NCBI GenBank assembly: GCA_040756155.1
Contig: JBFLZU010000070.1
Location: forward strand, 1-50,127
From: Nitrospirota bacterium
GTDB lineage: Bacteria; Nitrospirota; Thermodesulfovibrionia; JACRGW01; JBFLZU01
DNA length: 50,127 nt
Direction: 5' to 3'
The position numbers and the translations under genes were made by a program. This document shows positions 40,537-50,000 of the stretch, piece after piece. Within the stretch, counting starts at the first letter, position 1, and each line of letters starts with the position of its first letter. The notes under the pieces are model-generated. The model was not told the origin of the DNA and did no database searches. It worked only from the letters and a program-made list of their open reading frames with translations.

Positions 40537-41193
40537 TTACACCTTCATATGCCTTATGAACTTACCTTTTACCATATAGACCACCATCTCTGCAATATTT
40601 GTTGCGTGGTCGGCTATGCGTTCGAGATATTTTGAAACATAGGTAATCCTCACTGCCCTCGATATAGTATGGGGGTCTTCCATCATAAAGGTGAGTAATT
40701 CCCTGAATATCTGGCAGTTGAGGTCATCAATAAAGTCGTCATCCCTGCATACCTTCAGGGCAAGTTCTGGATCCTTATTTACAAAGGCATCAATTGCCTC
40801 TTTCAACATCCTCTGTGCAGCCTCTGACATTCTTGGTATATCTATGTAAGGTTTTAATATCGGTTCCTGATTGAGCTCTAACGCACGCTCAGATATATCT
40901 ACAGCAAGATCACCAATACGCTCTATGTCGGTTATTATCTTCATTGCTGTAGTGATAAATCTCAAATCTCCTGCCCGGGGTTGTCTTAAGGCTATAAGCC
41001 TTATGCAGTCTTCGTCAATCACGACCTCAAGGACATTGACGGTTTTATCTTCCTCGATTACCTTCATGGCGAGGTCTGAATCTCTCTCAACGAGTGACCT
41101 TATTGAGTTGTGCACCTGATCTTCAACATAGGCAGCAAGCCTTAATACCTTTTCTTTAATGATTTTTAATTCTTCATCGAATACAGTCATCAT
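40537..41193 (-). CDS. phoU: Phosphate signalling complex protein PhoU
   Basis: Two PhoU repeats with E/DxxxD motifs ([17 protein letters not shown]). Follows pstB with a 4-nt overlap. Confidence 0.9.
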   Translation of the reverse strand: MMTVFDEELKIIKEKVLRLAAYVEDQVHNSIRSLVERDSDLAMKVIEEDKTVNVLEVVIDEDCIRLIALRQPRAGDLRFITTAMKIITDIERIGDLAVDISERALELNQEPILKPYIDIPRMSEAAQRMLKEAIDAFVNKDPELALKVCRDDDFIDDLNCQIFRELLTFMMEDPHTISRAVRITYVSKYLERIADHATNIAEMVVYMVKGKFIRHMKV

Positions 41194-42020
41194 CCGAACC
41201 TCCCCGTTACATATTCCTCTGTCAACCTATTAGATGGATTCGTAAAGATATTATCTGTTATGTCGAACTCGATAAGCTCCCCTAAGAGGAAAAATCCTGT
41301 ATAACCCGATACCCTTGCTGCCTGTTGCATATTATGAGTAACTATAACAATAGTATAGTTCTTTTTCAACTCCTGAATCAGTTCCTCGATCTTTGCTGTG
41401 GAGATTGGATCAAGGGCGGATGTTGGTTCATCAAACAGGATAACCTCAGGTTCGATTGCCAATGCCCGTGCTATACAGAGCCTCTGCTGCTGTCCACCTG
41501 ATAGTCTTGCTCCTGATTGATTGAGGTTATCTTTTACTTCATCCCATAGGGCAGCAAGCCTCAAAAACCTCTCAACTGTCTGATCAATCTCTGACTTCTT
41601 TCTTCTTGACTCAAGAATAATGCCTGCTACTACATTTTCGTATACAGTCATTGCAGGAAAGGGGTTTGGTTTCTGAAAGACCATTCCTATCCTTCTTCTG
41701 ATAAGCACAGGGTCAACATCAGTGTCATAGATATTCATACCGTCAAAGATTACCTTTCCTTCACATCTTGCACCGATTATTTCTTCGTGTAGCCTGTTAA
41801 GACATCTCACAAAAGTGGACTTCCCGCAGCCAGATGGCCCTATGATAGCCGTCACTTCATTCTGCTTGATAGACATGTTAATATTCTTAAGCGCCTGGTT
41901 TTTACCAAACCACGCATTAAGATTTTCAATAATAAATTTTGCCTTATCTCCGAACTCCGAACTTCGAACCTCTGCCCTGATTTTGTCGAAGGGTCCAAAT
42001 TCTTTATCTTTTTCCTGCAT
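41190..42020 (-). CDS. pstB: Phosphate ABC transporter ATP-binding protein PstB
   Basis: Walker [10 protein letters not shown], signature LSGGQQQRL, Walker B ILFDEP. The N-terminal ~27 aa are repeat-derived. Confidence 0.9.
   Translation of the reverse strand: MQEKDKEFGPFDKIRAEVRSSEFGDKAKFIIENLNAWFGKNQALKNINMSIKQNEVTAIIGPSGCGKSTFVRCLNRLHEEIIGARCEGKVIFDGMNIYDTDVDPVLIRRRIGMVFQKPNPFPAMTVYENVVAGIILESRRKKSEIDQTVERFLRLAALWDEVKDNLNQSGARLSGGQQQRLCIARALAIEPEVILFDEPTSALDPISTAKIEELIQELKKNYTIVIVTHNMQQAARVSGYTGFFLLGELIEFDITDNIFTNPSNRLTEEYVTGRFG
41948..41993. repeat. Family A heptamers (TCCGAAC TCCGAAC TTCGAAC) joined to the family C hairpin CCCTgattttgtcgaAGGG, inside the pstB 5' end
   Basis: Read directly. 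The coding strand translates [16 protein letters not shown]. Confidence 0.75.
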
Positions 42021-42840
42021 ATATCCTCGCTATTATATTGGTTATAAGGACAATCCCCATGAGGCATAGTGCTGCTGCCCATGCCTTTTGATGCCAGTCT
42101 TCATAAGGTGAGACCGCATAGACATAGAGCTGAACAGGAAGATTTGCTATTGGCTGGTCAGGCCTCAAGTTCATATAAGAGTTGCCAAAGGCAGTAAAGA
42201 GAAGTGGTGCAGCCTCCCCACCAACCCTTGCAATAGCAAGCATAATCCCCGTGATTATCCCTGATTTTGCGGTACTCAAGACAATCCTTATGATGGTTTT
42301 CCATCTCGGTATCCCGAGGGCAAGAGATGCCTCTCTAAGAGTTTCTGGTACCATCTTAAGAAGCTCTTCTGTAGACTTCACTATTATAGGAAGCATGAGA
42401 AGGGAGAGAGCAAATGCCCCTGCAATGGCAGAAAACCTTCCCAGTGGTAATACTACTATAGTGTATGCAAATATTCCCATAACAATGGCTGGTATACCTG
42501 TAAGCGTATCGGATACAAATCTCACAGCAGATGCAAAAGAGCCCCTGCCATATTCTGAGAGATAGACCCCTATGAGGATTCCAGCAGGTATGGAGAGAAG
42601 ACCTGCGAGACCAACAAGATAGAAACTCCCTATAAGGGCATTAGCCATTCCTCCTCCCGGGACCCCAACAGGGGTTGGCAATTTTGTAAAGAAATCAAGA
42701 TTTATACCGGCTGCCCCTTTGTAGATGATATAGCCAAGGATGAGAAAAAGCACTGCTATACCAATAAAGGCTGATGCCACTGAGAAAAAGAACATTGCCT
42801 TTTGAGTCAATTTGCGTCTTGTATATCTTAAATTATTCAT
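42004..42840 (-). CDS. pstA: Phosphate ABC transporter permease PstA
   Basis: Six-TM permease with an EAA-like loop ([13 protein letters not shown]). Sits between pstC and pstB. Confidence 0.85.
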   Translation of the reverse strand: MNNLRYTRRKLTQKAMFFFSVASAFIGIAVLFLILGYIIYKGAAGINLDFFTKLPTPVGVPGGGMANALIGSFYLVGLAGLLSIPAGILIGVYLSEYGRGSFASAVRFVSDTLTGIPAIVMGIFAYTIVVLPLGRFSAIAGAFALSLLMLPIIVKSTEELLKMVPETLREASLALGIPRWKTIIRIVLSTAKSGIITGIMLAIARVGGEAAPLLFTAFGNSYMNLRPDQPIANLPVQLYVYAVSPYEDWHQKAWAAALCLMGIVLITNIIARIYAGKR

Positions 42841-43803
42841 CTAAACCTTGACCTCTTCAAATCTCTTCATCCTCCATAACAAAAACCTTGCAAAGGCATT
42901 AAGAATAAAAGTTATAACAAAAAGGATGAGTCCAAGCTCTATCAGAGAAGATATATAAAGCTCATATGTGGCTTCTGTAAATTCATTAGCAATTACACTT
43001 GCAATTGTATAGGCAGGGTCAAGCAGGGAAAGAGATATGTTTGGAGTATTACCAATAACCATTGTAACAGCCATAGTCTCGCCAAGTGCCCGTCCATATC
43101 CAAGAATAACGGCGCTAACTATACCACTTCTTCCATATGGGAGCATAACCCTCCATATAGCCTCCCATCTTGTCATACCGAGAGCAAGGGCAGCCTCCTT
43201 TTGATGTTGAGGAACCGCAGACAACACCTCCTTTGAGATGGATGAGATTGTAGGGATTATCATTATTGCTATTATAATTCCTCCTGTAAGCATACCAACG
43301 CCGAGGGGGTAGCCTTTGAAAAAGGGTAGAAAACCAAGGTATTTTCCGAGAACTGGCTCTACATGAATTTGCATCACAGGGGCGAGGACGAAGAGGCCCC
43401 AGAGACCATAGATAACGCTCGGTATGGCTGCTAAAAGCTCTATGATAAAAGAGACCGGCTGTCTCATCCATCTCGGTGCAAGCTCAGAGAGAAAGATGGC
43501 TATGCCAATGCTTATAGGAAAGGCAATGAAAAGAGCCAAAGTTGCAGAGACAAATGTTCCCCATATGAATGGTAATGCGCCAAAGAGCCTCTGGACAGGA
43601 TCCCATTCCCTTGAAAGTATAAACTTAAGACCAAAGGCATCAAAGGACAACCTGGATGAAATAATCAACTCAAAGAGGATGCCAATACTTAATAGAAGAA
43701 GAATAAATGATAGAAAGGCTGTAAACCATTTGAATGCCTTGTCTTTGTTGAGTAGGGGCAAACCAATGAGTCTGCCCCTCTCTGCCATCCTCTTTTGCAA
43801 CAT
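42841..43803 (-). CDS. pstC: Phosphate ABC transporter permease PstC
   Basis: Permease with EAALALGMTRWE loop. Follows pstS. Confidence 0.85.
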   Translation of the reverse strand: MLQKRMAERGRLIGLPLLNKDKAFKWFTAFLSFILLLLSIGILFELIISSRLSFDAFGLKFILSREWDPVQRLFGALPFIWGTFVSATLALFIAFPISIGIAIFLSELAPRWMRQPVSFIIELLAAIPSVIYGLWGLFVLAPVMQIHVEPVLGKYLGFLPFFKGYPLGVGMLTGGIIIAIMIIPTISSISKEVLSAVPQHQKEAALALGMTRWEAIWRVMLPYGRSGIVSAVILGYGRALGETMAVTMVIGNTPNISLSLLDPAYTIASVIANEFTEATYELYISSLIELGLILFVITFILNAFARFLLWRMKRFEEVKV

Positions 43804-43808
43804 ACTCC

Positions 43809-44816
43809 CTACAGTTTTTTCAGTGCTGTTAACACCTTTATTTTTAAGCTCTCAGGCATCGGGACATAGTGGAGTTCCTTTGCATGCCCATCACCATTTT
43901 TATATGCCCATTCCACGAACTTCAAGATTGTAGATAATTTGCTTCTGTCCATATTTTTTCTCAGGATGAGGTATGTGAAGCCTGCTATTGGATAGGAATC
44001 CTTGCCCTTTGAATATGTAAACTTTACATAAAATTCAGGTGGAACATCAGCGTTGGCTGCTGCTGCCTTTGTTGTTTCTATGGTTGGATAGACAAAGTTC
44101 CCATCTCTGTTACGGAGCATTGCATAGGACATCTTTGTCTGAAGGGCATAAGCAAGTTCTACATAACCGATAGCACCCCTTGTCTGCCTCACAAGACCAG
44201 CGACCCCTTCATTGCCCTTGCCTCCAAGGCCAACAGGCCATTTAACAGAAGTGCCTGAGCCCACCCTTGTCTTCCATTCTTGGTTAATATCGCTCAAGAA
44301 CCATGTGAATATATTGGTTGTCCCACTCCCATCTGAACGGTGAACAACTATGAGGGGTAAATCTGGAATCCTAAGATTTGGGTTAATCTCCCTTATCCTT
44401 TGGTCGGTCCATTTTGTGACCTTTCCGAGATAGATATCAGCAACAATCTCAGAGGTCAATTTTAATCCTGATGGTATCCCTGGCAGGTTATAGGCGACTG
44501 CTACTGCCCCTGCAACGGTTGGAAACTGGATAAGACCATGTTTATCGATCTCTTCCTTTGGTAGCGGGGCATCACTTGCACCAAAATCAACAGTGCCAGC
44601 CTTTACCTGCTGAATGCCTCCACCGCTGCCGATGGACTGATAGTTTATCTTTATACCTGTATTCTTCTCATACTGATAGAACCACTTTGAATAAAGTGGA
44701 TAGGGGAAGGTTGCCCCTGCACCATTAATAATCTCTGCTTCGGCAGTCATACCAAAAGCCATGACCAGAGCAAGTGCTAAAGCAAGTGCTAATGTTAATC
44801 TCAAAATGTTCTTCAT
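43809..44816 (-). CDS. pstS: Phosphate ABC transporter substrate-binding protein PstS
   Basis: Signal peptide, then GAGATFPYPLYSKW...YQSIGSGGG...GASD, the typical PstS phosphate-binding motifs. Confidence 0.9.
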   Translation of the reverse strand: MKNILRLTLALALALALVMAFGMTAEAEIINGAGATFPYPLYSKWFYQYEKNTGIKINYQSIGSGGGIQQVKAGTVDFGASDAPLPKEEIDKHGLIQFPTVAGAVAVAYNLPGIPSGLKLTSEIVADIYLGKVTKWTDQRIREINPNLRIPDLPLIVVHRSDGSGTTNIFTWFLSDINQEWKTRVGSGTSVKWPVGLGGKGNEGVAGLVRQTRGAIGYVELAYALQTKMSYAMLRNRDGNFVYPTIETTKAAAANADVPPEFYVKFTYSKGKDSYPIAGFTYLILRKNMDRSKLSTILKFVEWAYKNGDGHAKELHYVPMPESLKIKVLTALKKL

Positions 44817-44839
44817 TTTCTTCCCTCCGAATATTTAAA

Positions 44840-44895
44840 ATATTAGGTTTAGTTTGTTACAATTTCATTACGATACTATTACAATTTTGTTAAGG
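44840..44895 (-). promoter_or_regulatory. Pho-box promoter of pstS: (CCTTAAC)-caaa-aTTGTAAT-agta-TCGTAAT-gaaa-TTGTAAC, 10 nt, TAATAT
   Basis: On the pstS sense strand, 7-bp direct repeats with 4-bp A/T spacers sit at exact 11-bp phasing (plus-strand TTACA starts at 44857, 44868, 44879, 44890). A -10-like TAATAT lies 10 nt downstream, then GGAGGG and the ATG. Confidence 0.65.
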
Positions 44896-44998
44896 TTATG
44901 GCATTTATAATCACCTCCTTTTTTGAGGCGAAAGATAGCAGTTAATTATTACAGAATTATTAAGGTGTGATGAAGATGTGGTTAAAAATGAAGGACCC

Positions 44999-46825
44999 TC
45001 AGGTAACAGGGAGAACGATACTTACCTTTGTTCCCTTTCCGATAGCACTCTCGATCTTCAGCGATCCGTTGTGTAGATTAACGAGGTGCTTCACTATTGC
45101 AAGTCCGAGTCCTGTTCCTCCGAGTTCTCTTGACCTTGATGGGTCTATACGGTAAAACCTCTCACCGAGTCGTGGTATATGGTGTGGTGATATGCCGATG
45201 CCAGTGTCTTCAACACTGACTTCTACGAAGTCAGTGAGTTCGGAGTGCTGAGTTATTAGTTCAGGAATTTCCTTACTCCTTGCTCCTAACTCCGAACTCT
45301 TAACCCTCCGGGCTCGCACGGAGACGTTTCCCCCTTCAGGTGTAAACTTTATCGCATTATCAAGTAGATTAAGTAGCATCTGGGATAAATAGTCCCTATC
45401 TGCAAGGACTTCTGGAAGGTCTACTGGTATATCGCTAACCATCATGATTCCCTTATCTTCTGCCATAGGTCTGAGTAAGAAAAATATTGGGTCAATAACT
45501 TCTCTCAGAGTAATGGGCTTAATATCAAGATGCACATTTCCTGATTCGATCTCTGATAGAGTGAGCAGATCGTTTATAAGCCTGCTTAGCCTCTCGACAT
45601 GGCTGGCGATGATTTTTAAAAATTTCAGAGCATCATCTCTATTCTCTATTGCTCCACCAAGCAGGGTTTCGGTAAATCCTTTTATGGCAGATACAGGGGT
45701 TTTAAGCTCGTGAGAGACATTGGCAACAAAGTCCCTTCTTATCTTTTCAAGTGTTTTTATCTTTGTTATGTCGTGAATAATCAATGCCGTGCCAGTGGAT
45801 TTATTATCTGACCCGTAGATTGGGACTGCATCAACTGTGACGATCTTCTCAACAGGACGTTGTAAGGTTACATCGCTGGTTACGAATTCATTAGTATTAT
45901 ATGCTTTTTCCAGGATTTCAAGCAGGTCGTTGTTCCTTAATACCTCTATAAAAAGCTTTCCTTCAATACTATCAGAAATATTAAATAGCCTGTAAAATGA
46001 TTCGTTTGCAAGGACAACGATCCCCTTCCTGTCGATGAGAAGGAGTCCATCAATCATCCCTTTCAGAACTGCTTCAAATCGCAGCCGCTCCCGGTTGATT
46101 GTAGATATCTTCTCCGTGAGGTCGGATGCCATAAGGTTTAGATTTTCTTTTAGCATGCCTAACTCGTCTTCTGTATCTTTAATGAGTCTGTGTTTAAGAT
46201 CTCCGCTCGCAATTTTTCTCGAAAATGAGACGATATCTCTTATCCCGGAGGTTATTGAGCGAGAAAAAAGGACGCTAACTGTAAAGAGTGCAAGAAGTCC
46301 TGCGGCAGATGCGAGGGCTACCCTTACCCCGATCGTGTTTATAGTATCTTTAACCACCGTTAGTGTCATGGATAGCCTCAGTATCCCCCCTTGACTTTCT
46401 TTACTGCTGCCAAATGTGACAGCGACATAGAGCATATCTTTTCTCACCGTACTGCTGTGTCGTATAGAACGACCTACACCGGTCTGGATAGCATCCTGAA
46501 TCTCAGGCCGCATTAGATGGTTTTCCATTCCTTCTGGCGATTCATCTGTATCAGCAATTACTCTGCCATCAGGGGCAATGACTGTGATTCTCGCATCAGT
46601 CATTTTTTTGAACAGGACTACCTGTGATTGATAATCGATAGGAATTTTCAGGGTTGAAAGGTGATGGGAGATAAGTCTGGCATGTTCCCTGAGTTTTTCT
46701 GCTGTTATGTCTATAAAGTATCTTTCGATAGCACCGGTTATATATATCTGTGTGAAGATCAAAACGGCTGATGTTATACCGATGTAGAAGATTATCAGTT
46801 TCCAGAGGAGACTTTTCTTTGTCAT
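44999..46825 (-). CDS. phoR: PhoR-like sensor histidine kinase
   Basis: TM-sensor-TM, HAMP, PAS, H-box SHELKTP, and HATPase_c (NLLDNAIKFTPEGG ... EDTGIGI ... GGTGLGLAIVK). Overlaps phoB by 4 nt. Confidence 0.8.
   Translation of the reverse strand: MTKKSLLWKLIIFYIGITSAVLIFTQIYITGAIERYFIDITAEKLREHARLISHHLSTLKIPIDYQSQVVLFKKMTDARITVIAPDGRVIADTDESPEGMENHLMRPEIQDAIQTGVGRSIRHSSTVRKDMLYVAVTFGSSKESQGGILRLSMTLTVVKDTINTIGVRVALASAAGLLALFTVSVLFSRSITSGIRDIVSFSRKIASGDLKHRLIKDTEDELGMLKENLNLMASDLTEKISTINRERLRFEAVLKGMIDGLLLIDRKGIVVLANESFYRLFNISDSIEGKLFIEVLRNNDLLEILEKAYNTNEFVTSDVTLQRPVEKIVTVDAVPIYGSDNKSTGTALIIHDITKIKTLEKIRRDFVANVSHELKTPVSAIKGFTETLLGGAIENRDDALKFLKIIASHVERLSRLINDLLTLSEIESGNVHLDIKPITLREVIDPIFFLLRPMAEDKGIMMVSDIPVDLPEVLADRDYLSQMLLNLLDNAIKFTPEGGNVSVRARRVKSSELGARSKEIPELITQHSELTDFVEVSVEDTGIGISPHHIPRLGERFYRIDPSRSRELGGTGLGLAIVKHLVNLHNGSLKIESAIGKGTKVSIVLPVT
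45217..45308. repeat. Family A hairpin element (CTGACTTCtacGAAGTCAG + GAGTTCG GAGTGCT GAGTTAT TAGTTCA ... TAACTCC GAACTCT TAACCCT) inside the phoR ATPase domain
   Basis: Read directly. The coding strand translates KSSELGARSKEIPELITQHSELTDF, between ...GGNVSVRARRV and VEVSVEDTGIGI. Confidence 0.8.
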
Positions 46826-47514
46826 TGCTCTTCCTCTATAAATCTATAACCCAAACCACGGACTGTCTTGATGTATTTCGGCCTTTCCGCATCTTCCTCG
46901 ATCTTAGTCCTTAGGCGGCGGATGTGGACATCAACAGTTCTCGGTTCGACAAAGCCTTCGTTTTTCCATACATTATCAAGTATCTGGTTTCTACTGAATA
47001 CCCTTCCCCTGTTTTCTGCGAGGAACTTTAGGATATTAAATTCTATCGGTGAAAGTTCTACTACTTTATCCTTTATAGTTACCCTGTGTCTTGTGGGATC
47101 AATCTCCATATCTATCGCTGTTATCTTCTTTTCTTCAGCGACACCTTTCCTTCGTAATACTGCCCTTACCCTTGCGATGAGTTCTCTTATGCTGAACGGC
47201 TTTGTTATATAATCATCCGCACCTATCTCAAGACCAATTACCCTATCCATCTCTTGCGACCTTGCTGTAAGCATAATGATCGGGGTATGAGAAATCCGCG
47301 GCTCTTTCCTTATGAGCCTGCATACCTCAAGACCTGATAGTTCCGGAAGCATAAGGTCAAGAATCAATAAATCAGGAGGTCTTTCCCTCACTATCTCCAT
47401 GCAACGATATCCATCTTTTGCTTTCTCAACAGAAAATCCTTCTCTACTCAGATTGTACTCAAGGAGCGTAAGGAGGTCTTCTTCGTCATCTACGATAAGT
47501 ATTTTCTGTGGCAT
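46822..47514 (-). CDS. phoB: PhoB/OmpR-family response regulator
   Basis: Receiver domain (ILIVDDEED..., LLILDLMLP) plus winged-helix output (...VDVHIRRLRTKIE...IKTVRGLGYRF). Confidence 0.85.
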   Translation of the reverse strand: MPQKILIVDDEEDLLTLLEYNLSREGFSVEKAKDGYRCMEIVRERPPDLLILDLMLPELSGLEVCRLIRKEPRISHTPIIMLTARSQEMDRVIGLEIGADDYITKPFSIRELIARVRAVLRRKGVAEEKKITAIDMEIDPTRHRVTIKDKVVELSPIEFNILKFLAENRGRVFSRNQILDNVWKNEGFVEPRTVDVHIRRLRTKIEEDAERPKYIKTVRGLGYRFIEEEQ

Positions 47515-47517
47515 GGT

Positions 47518-48249
47518 TCAGTATATCATATCCCCGTTGATAAATCTCCATGTCCTCTCGTCCTTTGGATTCTCAAAGAATTCCTGAGGTGGGGCATCTT
47601 CTATTATCATGCCATCTAAGAGAAAGAACACCCTGTCAGCCAGCCTCTGCGCCTGAAACATGTTATGTGTGACCATGATGATGGTAGGGCGATATTTTCT
47701 CCCTATTGTTTTTATAAGTTCTTCAATAATAGCAACACTTCTTGGATCAAGCGATACGGTTGGCTCGTCAAGAAACATAATCTCTGGTTTAATCGCTATT
47801 GCCCTTGCAAGTACAAGACGCTGAGCCTCACCTGTGGAAAGGGAAAGGGCGTTCTGGTTTCTTTTATCCCAGATGCCGACTTCTTTAAGCGTTTCCTCTA
47901 CTATTGCTTCTATCTCTTCTTTTCCGAAACCTCTGAGTTTCAATCCATATGCGACATTCTTATATACAGATGTGTTGAATATACCTCCCTTAGGAAAGAC
48001 CAGCGTTATCCGCCTTCTCAGTTCTATCGAGTTATCAAAGGTCTTAGATTCATCGTCATAGACGACCTTTCCTCTATCAGGGCTTTCAATGAGAGCACAT
48101 ATCCTCAGAAAGGTTGATTTACCACTCCCGTTTGGACCGATGATTGAGAAGACCTTTCCAGCCTCGAAGGTAAATGAGCAGTTATTTAATACAATTTTAC
48201 TGTTATAACTTTTTGTGATATTAGATACCTTAAGTCTCAATTTGCTCAT
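47518..48249 (-). CDS. tupC: ABC transporter ATP-binding protein (TupC-like, tungstate system by context)
   Basis: Walker A GPNGSGKST, signature LSTGEAQRL, Walker B MFLDEP. Confidence 0.6.
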   Translation of the reverse strand: MSKLRLKVSNITKSYNSKIVLNNCSFTFEAGKVFSIIGPNGSGKSTFLRICALIESPDRGKVVYDDESKTFDNSIELRRRITLVFPKGGIFNTSVYKNVAYGLKLRGFGKEEIEAIVEETLKEVGIWDKRNQNALSLSTGEAQRLVLARAIAIKPEIMFLDEPTVSLDPRSVAIIEELIKTIGRKYRPTIIMVTHNMFQAQRLADRVFFLLDGMIIEDAPPQEFFENPKDERTWRFINGDMIY

Positions 48250-48947
48250 CTTTGTTTTATTCCTCTTTTCTGGAACCAGTAAAGTAGTGTATTAACAATC
48301 AAAGAGATTAAAAGCAGAACAATACCTAATGCCAGTGCAAGTTCAAAATTTCCTTTATCCGTCTCAAGGGCAATTGTGGTAGTCATAACCCGTGTGTATC
48401 CTGCGATATTCCCTCCGACGATAAGTATTGCACCTACCTCTGCAATGGCACGACCAAATCCTGCTATAACCGCTGCTGTTATAGAATACCTTGCTTCTGT
48501 TATCACCTTTACCGATGCCTGCAGCGGTGTTGCTCCGAGTGCCATCGCTGCGTTTCTTATTGTATCCTCGACATTCACTATTGCAGCATGTGAGAGGGCA
48601 GCGATGATAGGGGTTGCAAGTATTGTCTGGGCAATAGCCATCGCAGAAGGTGTATAAAGCAATCCCATGAAACCGAAGGGTCCACTCCTTGAGAGAAGCA
48701 GATAAACAAATAATCCAACGACTACTGGTGGAAGTCCCATAAATGTGTTAAGAAGACTTATTATAAAATCCCTTCCAAAAAACCTTCTCATACTAACAAC
48801 TGCACCTATAGAAATCCCTATGAGTGTTGAGATAATCAATGCCACTCCAGAGACCTTAAGAGATAGAAAGATTATGCTGTAGAGTTCCTTATCAAATGAA
48901 AGTATAAAGGAGATTGCACGACTGAAACCGGAAAGGATAATATCCAT
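48246..48947 (-). CDS. tupB: ABC transporter permease (TupB-like)
   Basis: Five/six-TM permease with an EAA-type loop (RNAAMALGATPLQ). 4-nt overlaps with its neighbours. Confidence 0.6.
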   Translation of the reverse strand: MDIILSGFSRAISFILSFDKELYSIIFLSLKVSGVALIISTLIGISIGAVVSMRRFFGRDFIISLLNTFMGLPPVVVGLFVYLLLSRSGPFGFMGLLYTPSAMAIAQTILATPIIAALSHAAIVNVEDTIRNAAMALGATPLQASVKVITEARYSITAAVIAGFGRAIAEVGAILIVGGNIAGYTRVMTTTIALETDKGNFELALALGIVLLLISLIVNTLLYWFQKRGIKQR

Positions 48948-48956
48948 AATTTTCCT

Positions 48957-49838
48957 CTATTTTGCATTCGGGTAGAAAAGGGCATTTCCATGTTTATCCT
49001 TGAAACTCCCGATAGCCTTCTGTCCCTCAGGTGATATAATCCATTTGATAAATTTCATTGCCTCTTTGAATTTAATATAGGGGTGTTTCTTTGGATTTAC
49101 AGCCATTACGCCATACTGATTAAAGAGGATAGGGTCTCCTTCAAGCACAATTACCATGTCGAGTCTGTCTTTGTCCTTTGTGGCAAGCCATGTTCCTCTG
49201 TCTGTAAGTGTATATGCCCTTTTCTCATTTGCTATTCTCTGCGTTTTCTCCATACCCTGTCCAACCTCCAGATACCATTTTTCTCCCTTTGGGTTTACCC
49301 CGTTAGAAAAGCTTCTTCTAACGGGGTTTATTCCAACTTTTTCCCAGATAGATAGCTCTTTAATGTGAGTTCCTGAACGGTCTCCTCTCGATACAAAGAA
49401 AGAGTTGGCATTTGCTATTTTACTGAAGGCATCTGATGCGTTTTTCATACCTTTGATTTTTGCAGGGTCATGTGTTGGACCAATAATCACAAAGTCATTG
49501 TACATCACATCATGCCTGTTGACAAAATGTCCCTCTTCGACTGCTTTCAATTCCAGTTCTTTTGCATGAACAAGAACAACATCCGCATCACCCCTTTTTC
49601 CTATTTCAATGGATGCTCCTGTTCCAACACCTATCACATCCACTTTGATACCTGTCTTCTTTTCAAATATAGGCAGGATATAATCAAACAACCCCGAGTT
49701 CTGAGTGCTTGTTGTTGAGGCACAGCGGATGCGGACATCTTTCCCATAAGAGGTATCCCATACAATTGTTATAGCAAACATTATAAAAAATGCTAAGAAT
49801 TTTAATCTTATTAACATTGCGTTATAATTTGCATGCAT
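48957..49838 (-). CDS. tupA: Tungstate/oxyanion ABC transporter substrate-binding protein (TupA-like)
   Basis: Signal peptide, then CASTTSTQNSGLFDYILPIFEKKTGIKV...VMYNDFVIIGP...FVSRGDRSGTH, matching the TupA-type anion-binding pattern as I recall it. The start may be 49817. Confidence 0.65.
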   Translation of the reverse strand: MHANYNAMLIRLKFLAFFIMFAITIVWDTSYGKDVRIRCASTTSTQNSGLFDYILPIFEKKTGIKVDVIGVGTGASIEIGKRGDADVVLVHAKELELKAVEEGHFVNRHDVMYNDFVIIGPTHDPAKIKGMKNASDAFSKIANANSFFVSRGDRSGTHIKELSIWEKVGINPVRRSFSNGVNPKGEKWYLEVGQGMEKTQRIANEKRAYTLTDRGTWLATKDKDRLDMVIVLEGDPILFNQYGVMAVNPKKHPYIKFKEAMKFIKWIISPEGQKAIGSFKDKHGNALFYPNAK

Positions 49839-49905
49839 ACTTTCTTCTTGACATATTATATATCGCCGTGATAAATAATCAAGTCCTTCTGAAAGAGGAA
49901 GGTTC

Positions 49906-49935
49906 TTGACAATATCATCCTAAATAGGGTATAAA
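49906..49935 (+). promoter_or_regulatory. Candidate rRNA operon promoter: TTGACA, 17-18 nt, (G)TATAAA
   Basis: TTGACA at 49906-49911 and TATAAA at 49930-49935, about 70 nt upstream of the 16S 5' end. Confidence 0.55.
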
Positions 49936-50000
49936 TATTTTATAGATGTTTGGTCTTTGAAAACTAAATAGCGTGTGTTTCTGACAGATAACCCTTTTCA

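Noticed and set aside
44896-44920. Very strong Shine-Dalgarno (AAGGAGGTGAT) followed by ATG CCA TAA on the minus strand, between phoR and pstS
   Set aside because: A two-codon ORF cannot be supported as a gene from sequence alone. It may be a chance occurrence or a translational coupling remnant.
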